Shown: positions 24,481-38,777 of the stretch, piece by piece
How positions within the stretch are numbered: the stretch's first letter is position 1
Layout: every line of letters starts with the position of its first letter
From: Eledone cirrhosa
Taxonomy: Eukaryota
Length of the DNA stretch: 64,000 nt
Assembly: GCA_964016885.1 (NCBI GenBank)
Contig: OZ024749.1
Coordinates: forward strand, 15,128,001-15,192,000
Reading direction: 5' to 3'
Notes under the pieces: model-generated
Database searches by the model: none
Seen by the model: the letters and a program-made list of their open reading frames with translations, nothing else
What the model was told of the DNA's origin: nothing
Made by a program: the position numbers and the translations under genes

Positions 24481-26600
24481 CTGTAAAGTGGTTGTGTAGG
24501 TGTCACAAATAAAAGTATCCAGTCCACACTGTAAAGTAGTCATGTAGGTGTCACAACTAAAAGTATCCAGTCCACACTGTAAAGTGGTCGTGTAGGTGTC
24601 ACAAATAAAAGTATCCAGTCCACACTGTAAAGTAGTCGTGTAGGTGTCACAACTAAAAGTATCCAGTCCACACTGTAAAGTGGTCGTGAAGGTGTCACAA
24701 CTAAAAGTATTCAGTCCACACTGTAAAGTAGTCGTGTAGGTGTCACAAGTAAAAGTATCCAGTCCACACTGTAAAGTAGTCCTGTAGGTGTCACAACTAA
24801 AAGTATCCAGTCCACACTGTAAAGTGGTCGTGTAAGTGTCACAACTAAAAGTATCCAGTCCACACTGTAAAGTGGTCGTGTAAGTGTCACAACTAAAAGT
24901 ATCCAGTCCACACTGTAAAGTGGTCGTGTAGGTGTCACAACTAAAAGTACGCAGTCCACACTGTAAAGTGGTCGTGTAGGTGTCACAACTAAAAGTATTC
25001 AGTCCACACTGTAAAGTGGTCGTGTAGCTGTCACAACTGAAAGTATCCAGTCCACACTGTAAAGTGGTCGTGTAGGTGTCACAACTAAAAGTATCCAGTC
25101 TACACTGTAAAGTGGTCGTGTAGGTGTCACAACTAAAAGTATCCAGTCCACACTGTAAAGTGGTCGTGTAGGTGTCACAACTAAAAGTATCTAGTCCACA
25201 CTGTAAAGTGGTCGTGTAGGTGTCACAACTAAAAGTATTCAGTTAACACTGTAAAGTGGTCGTGTAGGTGTCACAACTAAAAGTATCCAGTCCACACTGT
25301 AAAGTGGTCGTGTAGCTGTCACAACTAAAAGTATCCAGTCCACACTGTAAAGTGGTCGTGTAGGTGTCACAACTGAAAGTATCCAGTCCACACTGTAAAG
25401 TGGTCGTGTAGGTGTCACAACTAAAAGTATTCAGTCCACTCTGTAAAGTGGTCGTGAAGGTGTCACAAGTAAAAGTATTCAGTCCACTCTGTAAAGTGGT
25501 CGTGAAGGTGTCACAAGTAAAAGTATTCAGTCCACACTGTAAAGTGGTCGTGTAAGTGTCACAACTGAAAGTATCCAGTCCACACTGTAAAGTGGTTGTG
25601 TAGGTGTCACAAATAAAAGTATCCAGTCCACACTGTAAAGTAGTCATGTAGGTGTCACAACTAAAAGTATCCAGTCCACACTGTAAAGTGGTCGTGTAGG
25701 TGTCACAAATAAAAGTATCCAGTCCACACTGTAAAGTAGTCGTGTAGGTGTCACAACTAAAAGTATCCAGTCCACACTGTAAAGTGGTCGTGAAGGTGTC
25801 ACAACTAAAAGTATTCAGTCCACACTGTAAAGTAGTCGTGTAGGTGTCACAACTAAAAGTATCCAGTCCACACTGTAAAGTAGTCGTGTAGGTGTCACAA
25901 CTAAAAGTATCCAGTCCACACTGTAAAGTAGTCGTGTAGGTGTCACAACTAAAAGTATCCAGTCCACACTGTAAAGTAGTCGTGTAGGTGTCACAACTAA
26001 AAGTATCCAGTCCACACTGTAAAGTGGTCGTGAAGGTGTCACAACTAAAAGTATTCAGTCCACACTGTAAAGTAGTCGTGTAGGTGTCACAACTAAAAGT
26101 ATCCAGTCCACACTGTAAAGTGGTCGTGTAAGTGTCACAACTAAAAGTATCCAGTCCACACTGTAAAGTGGTCGTGTAGGTATCACAACTAAAAGTATCT
26201 AGTCCACACTGTAAAGTGGTCGTGTAGGTGTCACAACTAAAAGTATCCAGTCCACACTGTAAAGTGGTCGTGTAGGTGTCACAACTAAAAGTATCCAGTC
26301 CACACTGTAAAGTGGTCGTGTAGGTATCACAATTAAAAGTATCTAGTCCACACTGTAAAGTGGTCGTGTAGGTGTCACAAATAAAAGTATTCAGTCCACA
26401 CTGTAAAGTGGTCGTGAAGGTGTCACAACTAAAAGTATTCAGTCCACACTGTAAAGTGGTCGTGAAGGTGTCACAACTAAAAGTATTCAGTCCACACTGT
26501 AAAGTGGTCGTGAAGGTGTCACAACTAAAAGCACCCAGCACACACTGTAAAGTGGTCGTGTAGGAGACACAACTAAAAGCACCCAGCACACACTGTAAAT
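24481..26600. repeat. 48-bp minisatellite, about 44 copies, expanded inside an RTE 3' end (24340-26763)
   Basis: Unit ctgtaaagtggtcgtgtaggtgtcacaactaaaagtatccagtccaca; flanks match the RTE ORF end and 3' UTR. Confidence 0.92.
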
Positions 26601-27074
26601 GTGGTTGGCATTAGGAAGGGCATCAAGCTGTAGAAATCTAGCCAGAAACAGTTCTGTATGAGCAAGACATTGTCACCTGGCCCAACTTACCTCTAATGGG
26701 ACAGTCCATCTAACCCATGCAAGCATGGAAAATGGATGTTAAATGGTGATGATGATGATGATGAAGCCACAGACATGACAAACACACACAGACAGATGCA
26801 GGCAGAAACATATGAGTAACAAAGTTTGTGTTAGTATAACATACCTTTATCTATAATAAAATAAACAAACATATATATCTAACCCATGCTAGCATGGAAG
26901 ATGGATGTTAAATGATGATGATGATGATGATGATGATGTGTACAGTAAACATGTTAACAAATCGGGATTACATATACAACACACCAATCAGTGGTGCAAT
27001 TAGATGTAAGCACTCAAAATCATGTGTTTTCTTCCAAATACAATTGGTTAGTCCATGACAGTATATCTAAAATA

Positions 27075-27428
27075 AAGATAATTGTGAAGGTCCAATGTAG
27101 ATGTTCAAAATGCTGTTATTCATAAAGCTGTGATACATATTTCAATGATGTTTATGACTAGGTGTTGCTTCAATCACACAACCAGTAACACAACATTATC
27201 AGACAACACCTTATGCAATAAGGTTATGTTGTCAATGTAACATAAGCTAAAGACAATGGAATGGTCCTGACAATGTAACCTTATTACACAAGATTCTGTC
27301 TGATGATGTAGTGTAAGTGGGTGTGTTATCAAATCACCCTGTAGCCATGAATGCCATTGAAATATGTATCACAGATTTAGGAATAAAGAAATTTTGAACA
27401 TCTACATTGAACCTCCACAACTATCCTT
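27075..27428. repeat. Old diverged inverted repeat (fold-back/MITE-like)
   Basis: caatgtagatgttcaaaat/attttgaacatctacattg, tgtgatacatatttcaatg/cattgaaatatgtatcaca and further nested complementary blocks around about 27250. Confidence 0.7.
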
Positions 27429-27815
27429 AGTGTGAATTTCATATATTTAAAGATATATATATCCTACCCATGCATTCCTGACTGTTTAATATCCTATTAC
27501 ACCTATATTTTGTGATATCTTTGCCATATTATGCTATATATGCTTAATATCTTTGTTCTCTTTACCATATTATTCTGTATATGCCTAATACCTCTGCATT
27601 CTTACTGTCTATATGCCTAATGCACCATTAATGTCCTGCTTTACGAGTAACTTTCTTTTATAATTCTTTTATAATCTTTATTATACCCATTGCTACTGAC
27701 CTCAACATCCTCACTCTCTTTGAATATAACACTATTGATAGCAACAATAATATCAACGTATCTTTATGATTGTTCTGTAGAATAGGAATTTAATTATATG
27801 TTTAAGCTTTGCCAA

Positions 27816-27862
27816 TGCTCTGATGATTCCAAACGGCTGTTTGGAAAAAACAATTGTCAGCA
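27816..27862 (+). ncRNA. Type I hammerhead motif with G12-to-A core mutation
   Basis: tgct-CTGATGA-ttccaaac-ggct-gtttggaa-(A)AAAC-AATT-GTC-agca, followed by AATAAA. Confidence 0.6.
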
Positions 27863-27955
27863 ATAAAATGTATTAAACATAGTGCTGATTGTTCTGTACT
27901 TTATATCTAAAGATATACGGTACATTTAATAAATAACCTGATTAGATTTTTCGTT

Positions 27956-29116
27956 GTTTTGGTATTGTATGGCTGGGTTTTGGTACTGTATGGCTGGGTT
28001 TTGGTACTGTATGGCTGGGTTTTGGTATTGTATGGTTGGGTTTGGGTACTGTATGGCTGGGTTTTGGTATTGTATGGCTGGGTTTTGGTATTGTATGGCT
28101 GGGTTTTGGTACTGTATGGCTGGGTTTTGGTATTGTATGGCTGGGTTTTGGTACTGTATGGCTGGGTTTTAGTACTGTATGGCTGGGTTTTGGTATTGTA
28201 TGGCTGGGTTTTGGTACTGTATGGCTGGGTTTTGGTACTGTATGGCTGGGTTTTGGTACTGTATGGCTGGGTTTTGGTACTGTATGGCTGGGTTTTGGTA
28301 CTGTATGGCTGGGTTTTGGTATTGTATGGCTGGGTTTTGGTACTGTATGGCTGGGTTTTGGTATTGTATGGCTGGGTTTTGGTATTGTATGGCTGGGTTT
28401 TGGTATTGTATGGCTGGGTTTTGGTACTGTATGGCTGGGTTTTGGTACTGTATGGCTGGGTTTTGGTATTGTATGGCTGGGTTTTAGTACTGTATGGCTG
28501 GGTTTTGGTACTGTATGGCTGGGTTTTGGTATTGTATGGTTGGGTTTTGGTACTGTATGGCTGGGTTTTGGTATTGTATGGCTGGGTTTTGGTATTGCAT
28601 GGCTGGGTTTTGGTATTGTATGGCTGGGTTTTGGTATTGTATGGCTGGGTTTTGGTACTGTATGGCTGGGTTTTGGTATTGTATGGCTCGGATTTGGTAT
28701 TGTATGGCTGGGTTTTGGTATTGTATGGCTGGGTTTTGGTACTGTATGGCTGGGTTTTGGTACTGTATGGCTGGGTTTTGGTATTGTATGGCTGGGTTTT
28801 AGTACTGTATGGCTGGGTTTTGGTACTGTATGGCTGGGTTTTGGTATTGTATGGTTGGGTTTTGGTACTGTATGGCTGGGTTTTGGTATTGTATGGCTGG
28901 GTTTTGGTATTGCATGGCTGGGTTTTGGTATTGTATGGCTGGGTTTTGGTATTGTATGGCTGGGTTTTGGTACTGTATGGCTGGGTTTTGGTATTGTATG
29001 GCTCGGATTTGGTATTGTATGGCTGGGTTTTGGTATTGTATGGCTGGGTTTTGGTATTGTACGGCTGGGTTTTGGTATTGTACGGCTGGGTTTTGGTATT
29101 GTATGGCTGGGTTTTG
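27956..29116. repeat. 21-bp minisatellite, about 55 copies, with 315-bp higher-order period
   Basis: Unit tggctgggttttggtaYtgta; diagnostic variants recur every 315 bp. Confidence 0.93.
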
Positions 29117-29266
29117 CTGCCGCAATTTTCAATTTGTCAAGCTATCTAAACGCATGTTATTACTCTAAGGACCTGCCCTTATTGAGTGCTTTGCTACTCA
29201 TTCCTTATTGTAGGTCGACTTTGCTTGGCCACAGTCAAAGCTTCGATTTTATTAAGCTTCCACTTG

Positions 29267-30957
29267 TCATCATCATCATCATCATCATCAACGTTTAACG
29301 TCCGTGTTCCACGCTTGCATGGGTTTGGACGGGGGTTTTCCCACTTGAGGCAAGAGTGATTGTCTTGCTCGCATAGGACTGTCTGGCAGGTTTTCTACAG
29401 TTGGATGCCCTTCCTAACACCAACCACATTTACAGTGTGGGTCTGGGAGGTTTTTACCGTGTTGCCTACACGGCCACATTACAGCGTGGACTGTGTGTTT
29501 TTTGTCGTGACACCTACACAATCTCATTTGTTTCGGCCTGGATGGTGTGGCACCAACATAACTTTACATAGAAGGGGGGGCGGTGTGGATGGGATGGGGG
29601 GACGAGGGTGTATTTTGTTAGAGATGCCTACTGACTGTAGTAGGTTTTACTATGTATTTAGGTAAGGCGGGTCTTCTCTATTACTGAGTACCGCCAAAGG
29701 TCTCGGTCCAGTGACATTGTCTTGGAGAGGTGTAAGTGCGTGAGGTCGGAGTTTGTCAGCTCGTCCCAGGTTTTTCTAGGTCTGCCTATTCCGTGGCTAC
29801 CATCTATCTTTATTGCCCTGCACTTTGTTATACAGCTATCGACTTTCATGCGCATCACGTGTCCATACCAACGTAGCCTTCTCTCGAGTAAACAACATCT
29901 GATCCCTCTTATTTCTAATTTTTTCCTTAGTTCGTTTATGCTTTGCCGTTCACGTATATTACTATTACACATCCAGCGGAGTATGCAAGCTTCGTTCCTC
30001 TCTAGTCTGCGTATATCCTATGCCCAGGTCTCACTGCCATGCAACATTGCTGTTCGTATGCAGGCATCATACAACCTGACTTTCATTTTTAGGGAGAACC
30101 CTTTAGCGGCTAATAGTGGTATAAGCTCTCTGAACTTTTTCCATCCAGTTCTGACTCTAGCTACTGTACTTTCAGAGCACCCTCCCCCACTGCTGATTTT
30201 GTCACCTAGGTAACGGAAGCTGTCCACTATTTCTATAGAGCCCTCTGCGCAGTTGAAAGAGCTAGTATTTTGTGGGCACTTGCTGCTACTTATTGCACCA
30301 GAGCACCGGCCACATGTGAAATCTATGTTCTTAGTTAGCTTACCTGTGATCCCACTACATCTTTTATGCACCCATACTTTGCATTTCTGACACAAAATGG
30401 AGTTTCTACCTACGCCTTTCCTACACACTGAGCATGACCACTTCCCGGAAGGGACCGCCGCCTTATTTTCTTTCCTACAAACTAGAACTTTGGTCTTAGC
30501 CAGGTTAATTTTAAGGCCTTTTGATTCTAGGCCGTGCTTCCATGTTTGGAATTTCTTCTCTAGCTCGGCCATTGATTCAGCTATGAGTGTTAGGTCGTCT
30601 GCGTATAGGAGTTCCCATGGGCAGCCGGTCTTGAACTCCTCTGTTATAGCCTGAAGGGCAATAATAAATAGTAGGGGGCTGAAAACAGAGCCTTGATGGA
30701 CGCCAACTTTTACGCTAAACTCTTCACTATATTCGTTGTTAATTCTAACCTTGCTGACTGTTTCTTTATACATGGCTTGTATAGCTCTCACAAGCCATTC
30801 GTCAACCCCTAGTTTTCTAAGAGCCCACCAGATAATGGAGCGGGGGACTCTGTCAAAGGCTTTCTCCAAGTCGACAAAAGCTAAGTAGAGGGGTTTACCT
30901 TTAGCTAGGTACTTCTCCTGTAGTTGTCGTACAATGAAAAGAGCGTCTGTGGTACTT
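29267..30957 (-). pseudogene. 5'-truncated RTE LINE (subfamily B)
   Basis: KAFDRVPR, HQGSV, YADD, PHD-like Cys cluster, RRLRWYGHV; stop/deletion at about 30018; (CAT)n tail. Confidence 0.92.
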
Positions 30958-31022
30958 TATATACATATATATATATATATATAAACATATATATACATAT
31001 ATATATATACATATATATATAA

Positions 31023-31081
<59 letters not shown>

Positions 31082-31084
31082 CAT

Positions 31085-31116
<32 letters not shown>

Positions 31117-31203
31117 CATACATACATATATATATATATACATACATACATATATATATATATATACATACATACATATATATACATACATACATATATA
31201 TAC

Positions 31204-31275
<72 letters not shown>

Positions 31276-31593
31276 ATATATACATACATATATACATACA
31301 TACATACATATATATATATATACATACATATATATATATATATATACATACATACATACATATATATATATATACATACATACATATATATACATACATA
31401 TACATACATATATATATATATATATACATACATACATATATATATATATATACATACATATATATATATATACATACATATATATATACATACATATATA
31501 TATATATACATACATATATATATATACATACATATATATATATACATACATATATATATATATATACATACATATATATATATATATACATAC

Positions 31594-31673
<80 letters not shown>

Positions 31674-31850
31674 ACATACATATATATATATACATACATA
31701 TATATATATACATACATATATATATATACATACATATATATATATATACATACATATATATATATATATATATACATACATGCATACATATATACATACA
31801 TACATATATATATACATACATATATATATATACATATATACATTACATAC

Positions 31851-31881
<31 letters not shown>

Positions 31882-32194
31882 CATATATATACATACATAC
31901 ATATACATACATACATATATATATATACATACATACATATATATATATACATACATATACATACATACATACATATATATATATACATATATACATACAT
32001 ACATATATATATATATACATACATATATATATATATACATACATATATATATACATACATATATATATATATACATACATATATATATATATATACATAC
32101 ATATATATATATATACATACATATATATATATATACATACATATATATATAAACATACATATATATATATATACATACATACATATATATATAT

Positions 32195-32241
<47 letters not shown>

Positions 32242-32348
32242 CATACATATATATATACATACATACATATATATATACATATATATATATATACATACAT
32301 ATATATATATATACATACATATATATATATATACATACATATATATAT

Positions 32349-32407
<59 letters not shown>

Positions 32408-32716
32408 CATACATACATATATACATACATACATATATATATACATACATATATATATATATACATACATCATCATCATCATCATCATCATCATATATAT
32501 ATATATACATACATACATATATATATATATATACATACATACATACATATATATATACATACATACATATATATATATACATACATACATATATATATAT
32601 ATACATACATACATATATATATATATATACATACATACATATATATATATACATACATACATATATATATATATACATACATACATATATATATATACAT
32701 ACATACATATATATAT

Positions 32717-32783
<67 letters not shown>

Positions 32784-33047
32784 CATAGATATATATACAT
32801 ATACATACATATATATATACATAGATATATATACATAGATATATATACATATACATACATATATATATACATAGATATATATACATATACATACATATAT
32901 ATATACATAGATATATATACATATACATACATATATATACATATACATACATATATATACATACATACATATATATACATACATACATATATATACATAC
33001 ATACATATATATACATACATACATATATATACATATATACATACATA
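30958..33047. repeat. (TA)n/(TACA)n microsatellite block
   Basis: Direct reading. Confidence 0.95.
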
Positions 33048-33378
33048 TGGTGGCTGCCAACTCGTTTTCGAGTACGGCCACTACTTTATATCCATGTAGG
33101 AGAACCCCTACCGATGCGCTGAACGAGTGTGACTTTTTAGTCCAGCCAGCGACTTGAAAACTCCGGTACAAACACTACACTTGTGACAATTATTGACACA
33201 TAGTGCTGGGCCCATGGTACCATGTGATGATATGTGCAGAGAGATCTCCAGATATAAAGCAATGCCTGTGCCGTGAAGCTTTTATAAAGCCAGTCCCACT
33301 CTCTTAACCAAGATGATATTTACCAAAAAGAAGAACAAGTCAACATCATTGGATACTATCAGGGTTGCAGGTGTTATA
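33047..33378. mobile_element. Dispersed repeat, shorter copy of 45321-45930
   Basis: Near-identical to 45321-45673 apart from a small deletion; TA-flanked. Confidence 0.75.
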
Positions 33379-33534
33379 TACATACATACATATACATACA
33401 TACATATACATACATACATATACATACATATACATATATACATCATTTTTTTTTTTCATCATTTCATTTAACGTCTGCTTTTCCCTGCTTGCAGGCTAAA
33501 AGTCTGTCTTAAGCCAGAAGGCTCATTTGGCCGG

Positions 33535-33770
33535 TGCTTATCCCAGTTTCATGGCGTGAAGCGACTGAGAGTACAAGACTCCCCCCAGGACAGGACACCA
33601 ATCCATCGCAGGGTTAAACCTCCAGCTATTGCTGGTACTCATTTTCAGCTGAGTATATTGGAGCAACATGAAATGAAGTGTTTTGTTCAAGAACAACACG
33701 CAGCCCAGGAATCGAACCCACAACATTATGATCGTAAGTCCAACACACTTACCACTAGGCCACGTGCCAC
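33535..33770 (-). mobile_element. tRNA/CORE-type SINE
   Basis: Minus strand GTGGCCTAGTGG (A box), GGTTCGATTCC (B box), ttgaacaaaacacttcatttc. Confidence 0.7.
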
Positions 33771-33842
33771 CACTACATATATATATATATACATATACAT
33801 ATATATATACATACACATATATATACATACATATACATACAT

Positions 33843-35463
33843 ACCAGGAAGAGGCACCACTGATGCCCTCTTCCTTGTGAGGCAATTACAGGAAAAGTAC
33901 CTAGCTAAAAGTAAGCCACTCTACTTGGCATTTGTCGACCTTGAGAAAGCCTTTGACAGAGTTCCACGTGCTGTAATCTGGTGGGCTCTTAGAAAACTAG
34001 GAGTAGATGAATGGCTTGTGAAAGCGGTACAAGCCATGTATAGGGGAGCAGTCAGCAAAGTTAGGATTAGCAATGAGTATAGCGAGGAATTTAGCGTACA
34101 GGTTGGGGTCCACCAGGGCTCTGTTCTTAGCCCTCTCCTGTTCATCATAGTCCTGCAGGCAATAACGGAGGAGTTTAAGACCGGATGCCCATGGGAACTC
34201 CTGTATGCTGATGACCTCGCACTCATAGCTGAATCTATGGTAGAACTAGAGAATAAATTCCAAACTTGGAAGCAGGGACTAGAAAGAAAGGATCTCAAAG
34301 TCAACATGACAAAGACTAAGGTCCTTGTAAGTAGACGAGAAAACAGAACCCAGATCCCCTCAGGGAAATGGCCTTGCTCAGTATGTAGGAAAGGTGTAGG
34401 TAGGAACTCCATTCTCTGCCCCAAATGCAAACAAAGGGTACACAAGAGATGTAGCGGGATCTCAGGAAGCTTAATTAAGAATGTAGGATTCACATGCAGC
34501 AGCTGTGCTGAGACAGCAAGCAGCAAACAGCCACAGGAAACAAGTACCACCAATCTCTGGGAGGGCTCTGTAGAAACAGTAGACAGCTTCTGCTACCTAG
34601 GTGACCAAATTAGCAGCAGAGGTGGGTGTTCAGAAAGTACAATAACTAGGGTAAGAACGGGATGGAAGAAGTTTAGGGAACTACTACCACTGCTAGCTGC
34701 AAAAGGCTTCTCCCTCAGAATGAAAGGCAGACTGTATGATGCGTGTATCCGAACAGCGATGTTGCATGGTAGTGAGACCTGGGCGCTGAAGGTGGAAGAC
34801 TTACGGAGATTAGAGAGAAACGAAGCCTGCATGCTCCGATGGATGTGTAACAGTAATATACGTGAACGACAAAGCATAAATGAATTGAGCGAGAGACTGA
34901 GCATAAGAGGAATCAAATGCTGTGTGCAGGAGTGGCGGTTGCGCTGGTATGGACATGTGATGCGTATGAAGGATGACAGCTGCATAAAAAGGTGCAGAGC
35001 ACTAGAAGTTGATGGAAACCGCGGAGTGAGGAGACCCAAGATGACCTGGGATGAGGTGATAAAAGCCGACCTTACCCAATTACACCTCTCAAAGACAATG
35101 ACACACGACCGTGACTTCTGGCGTCACGTATTGATACAGAGTACCCGACCTCCCATGGGTACAAGCTGAAGCATATAGACAATATGCCCCCACACCCCCC
35201 ACCGCAAGGTGGTCGTGGAGGTGCCACGGCAAAAAAGCACCCAGCTCACACTGTAAAGTGGACGTGTAGGCGCCACGAAAAAGCACCCAACACTCACTGT
35301 AAATGAGGTTGGTGTTAGGAAGGGCATCCAGCTGTAGAAATCAAGCCAAATCAGTTCCTGTATGAGCAAGGCATGGTCAGCCGACCAGACACTGCCCACA
35401 ACAGGACAACCCGCCTAACCCATGCTAGCGTGGAAGAACGGACGTAAAATGGTGATGATGATG
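33843..35463 (+). pseudogene. 5'-truncated RTE LINE (subfamily A), frame still open
   Basis: Protein nearly identical to the C-terminal part of the 54041-57160 ORF; same 3' UTR and (ATG)n tail. Confidence 0.93.
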
Positions 35464-35787
35464 ATATATACATACATACATATACATACATATATATACA
35501 TACATACATATATATATATACATATATACATACATATATATACATATATACATACATATATATACATATATATACATATATACATACATATATATATATA
35601 CATATATATACATACATATATATATATACATATATACACATATATATATGTACATATATATACATACATATATACACATACATATATGTATATATATATA
35701 ACCAAATGTTAAACAATGAATAATCAATGAATATAGTTTTACAACAGATTAAAAGCACTCTACAAGAAAGTTTTCTGGAGTTATTAA

Positions 35788-36068
35788 TATTATTCAAAAT
35801 ATTAAATGGATACATTCACATAATCAAAATATATGTTTTATTATATATATTTCGGAGGTACTGTGCTGTTTTTTCAGTACGTCCTCATCAGATAAAATAC
35901 ATAAATTGATGTATGACATACCTCAACTGTGCTGATGGTTCAATTCCAGTCTTGGCAGTCTTTTATCTGATGAGGACGTACTGAAAAAACAGCACAGTAC
36001 CTCCAAAATATATATATAATAAAACATATATTTTGATTATGTGAATGTATCCATTTATTAATATTTTG

Positions 36069-36075
<7 letters not shown>
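35788..36075. mobile_element. Inverted pair of hammerhead-containing pLTR-like arms
   Basis: About 110-bp arms; minus-strand ribozyme motif 35836-35897 intact (ttttat-CTGATGA-stem-GAAAT-ATAT-ATA-ataaaa); plus copy 35961-36024 has GAAA changed to AAAA. Confidence 0.7.
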
Positions 36076-36104
<29 letters not shown>

Positions 36105-36106
<2 letters not shown>

Positions 36107-36592
36107 CATTATGCAGTAATACAGAAGACCCAACTTCCCACAGGCACAGGCCGAAGCTGCAGCATATATACAGTATGCCCCACAACTGTAAACTGGTAGT
36201 GTAGGTGTCACAACAAAAAGCACCCAGTCCACACTGTAAAGTGGTCATGTAGGTGTCACAACAAAAAGCACCCAGTCCACACTGTAAACTGGTAGTGTAG
36301 GTGTCACAACAAAAAGCACCCAGTCCACACTGTAAACTGGTAGTGTAGGTGTCACAACAAAAAGCACCCAGTCCACACTGTAAACTGGTAGTGTAGGTGT
36401 CACAACAAAAAGCACCCAGTCCACACTGTAAACTGGTAGTGTAGGTGTCACAACAAAAAGCACCCAGTCCACACTGTAAATGAGGTTGGCATTAGGAAGG
36501 GTATCCATCTCTAGAAACTAGGCCAGAATCAGTTCTGTTTGAGCAAGACATGGTCACCTGACATAGCATTGCTCACAACAGGGCAACTCGTC
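36105..36592 (+). mobile_element. RTE 3' end with about 6 tandem copies of the 48-bp unit
   Basis: Unit gtaggtgtcacaacaaaaagcacccagtccacactgtaaactggtagt between RTE-matching flanks. Confidence 0.8.
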
Positions 36593-37086
36593 TGTTAGCT
36601 GACCGGGAGTGACAGACTCCTAGTTTTTGTTTGGACATCATTGTAGTAGAAGGAAAACTCTGATGGGAGCCAATGATGTTGACCTGTTCTTCTATTTGTA
36701 CACCTGTCATTGTTGTTCAGATATGGGTGTGTGTATGTGTGTGTGTGTGTGTGTCATCATCATCATTATGATATTTGTGAGGGAGGTAAACCAGTATAGA
36801 AAGAAGAGAGAAAGAGAGAGAGAGAGTTGTCGCCCACCTGAAATCCATTCACTGGGTTGGTTCAATAATGAAACATTGTGGAATAAACACATTTGAAGCC
36901 TGCAAGAAGATTAGAGAATTAATTAGTTAATAGAGTAATACTTGGTTAACAAACAGAAGATAGAGAGAAAGGAAGAAACAAACAAATAGAAGGAAGGAAG
37001 GGAAGATTCAGTTAATTCCTGTTAGTCAAAGGGTTGCTGTTCTGACACATTGCCTGTCTTGGGACCTAGGCCTGGCCTGCTTTACA

Positions 37087-38048
37087 TGGTGGTGGTGGCA
37101 GTGGTAGTGGTGGTGGCGGTGGTGGTGGCAGTGGTAGTGGTGGCAGTGGTGGTGGTGGCGGTGGTGGTGATAGTGGTAGTGATGGTGGCAGTGGTGGTGG
37201 CAGTGGTGGCGGTGACTGGTGGTGGTGGCGGTGGCAGTGGTGGTGGTGGCAGTGGTGGTGACAGTGGTAGTGGTAGTGGCAGTGGTGGTGGCAGTTGTAG
37301 TGGCAGTGGTGGTGGCAGTGGTGGTGGCAGTGGTGGTGGTGGTGGCAGTGGTGGTGGCAGTGGTGAAGTGGTAGGTGCAGTGGTAGTGGTAGCAGTGGTG
37401 GTGGTGGTGGTGGTGACAGTGGTAGGTGCAGTGGTAGTGGTGGTGGCAGTGGTAGGTGTGGTGGTAGTGGTGGTGGCAGTGGTAGTGGTGGTAATGGTGG
37501 TGGTGGTGACAGTGGTAGGTGTGGTGGTAGTGGTGGTAATGGTGGTGGTGGTGACAGTGGTAGGTGCAGTGGTAATGGTGGTGGCAGTGGTAGGTGTGGT
37601 GGTAGTGGTGGTGGCAGTGGTAGTGGTGGTGGTAGTGGTGGTAATGGTGGTGGTGGTGACAGTGGTAGGTGCAGTGGTAGTGGTGGTGGTAGTGGTAGGT
37701 GTGGTGGTGGTGGTGGTGGTGGCAGTGGTAGTGGTGGTAATGGTGGTGGTGGTGACAGTGGTAGGTGCAGTGGTGGTGGCAGTGGTAGTGGTGGTAATGG
37801 TGGTGGTAGTGACAGTGGTGGTGGCAGTGGTAGTGGTGGTAATGGTGGTGGTAGTGACAGTGGTGGTGGCAGTGGTAGTGGTGGTAATGGTGGTGGTAGT
37901 GACAGTGGTGGTGGCAGTGGTAGTGGTGGTAATGGTGGTGGTAGTGACAGTGGTGGTGGCAGTGGTAGTGGTGGTAATGGTGGTGGTAGTGACAGTGGTA
38001 GGTGCAGTGGTAGTGGTGGTGACAGAGGTAGGTGCGGTGGTAGTGGCG
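37087..38048. repeat. (GGT/GCA/GTA) trinucleotide low-complexity repeat
   Basis: Direct reading. Confidence 0.9.
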
Positions 38049-38566
38049 GTCGTGGGGGTGAGGGGACAGAATTTTACAACTACTAAAAAAGGGATGTGGA
38101 GTCATATTGGGAAAGCAAATTAGGGGCAGTAATGGGGGGGGTGGAGCGTTCTATGACTATTAGAATGGGAGGGGGAGAAGTCACACTACGGATATAGTGA
38201 GGTGGGGGAGGGGTACTATGACTATTAGAAGGGGAGGGGGATAAGTCATACTGAGGCTATAGTGAGGTGGGGGAGGGGTACTATGATTATTAGAAGGGGA
38301 GAAGTCATACTGAGGATATAGTGGGGTGGGAGAGGGCGTTTTCTACAACTATTTCTAAACTGGTCCCCTTCTCCCACAAACAGCACCCCACACATCCACC
38401 CCCACCTCTACTCATCCACCCCCACCCCCAAATGCATTATGATCAATAAACAAACACATTTATTTGTATTCCTCATTTGGCTGTGGTTCAAAGTATCAGA
38501 GGAATGACAAGGTACCACCCAGCACTTTGGCAACAGGAACTACAGCAGCAGAGTTATGTATCACTC

Positions 38567-38624
<58 letters not shown>

Positions 38625-38777
38625 TAAGCATGTCTCTATATATGCATGTGTGTGTATATATATATGTGTGTGTGTGTAAGTTTTAAGGGTAGGTGGCCAC
38701 TCCTACATTTGTACTATAACCACAAAAAGTGTTTATGTATACAAACATGTATATATATGTGTATATATATATATATA

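Noticed and set aside
25243-29298. 448-aa Cys-rich and 396-420-aa repeat ORFs
   Set aside because: Arise from 48-bp and 21-bp minisatellites whose unit length is divisible by three; neighbouring units contain stops
33556-33842. N-terminal extension of the 537-aa RT ORF
   Set aside because: Chance read-through across an antisense SINE and a TA tract into a truncated RTE
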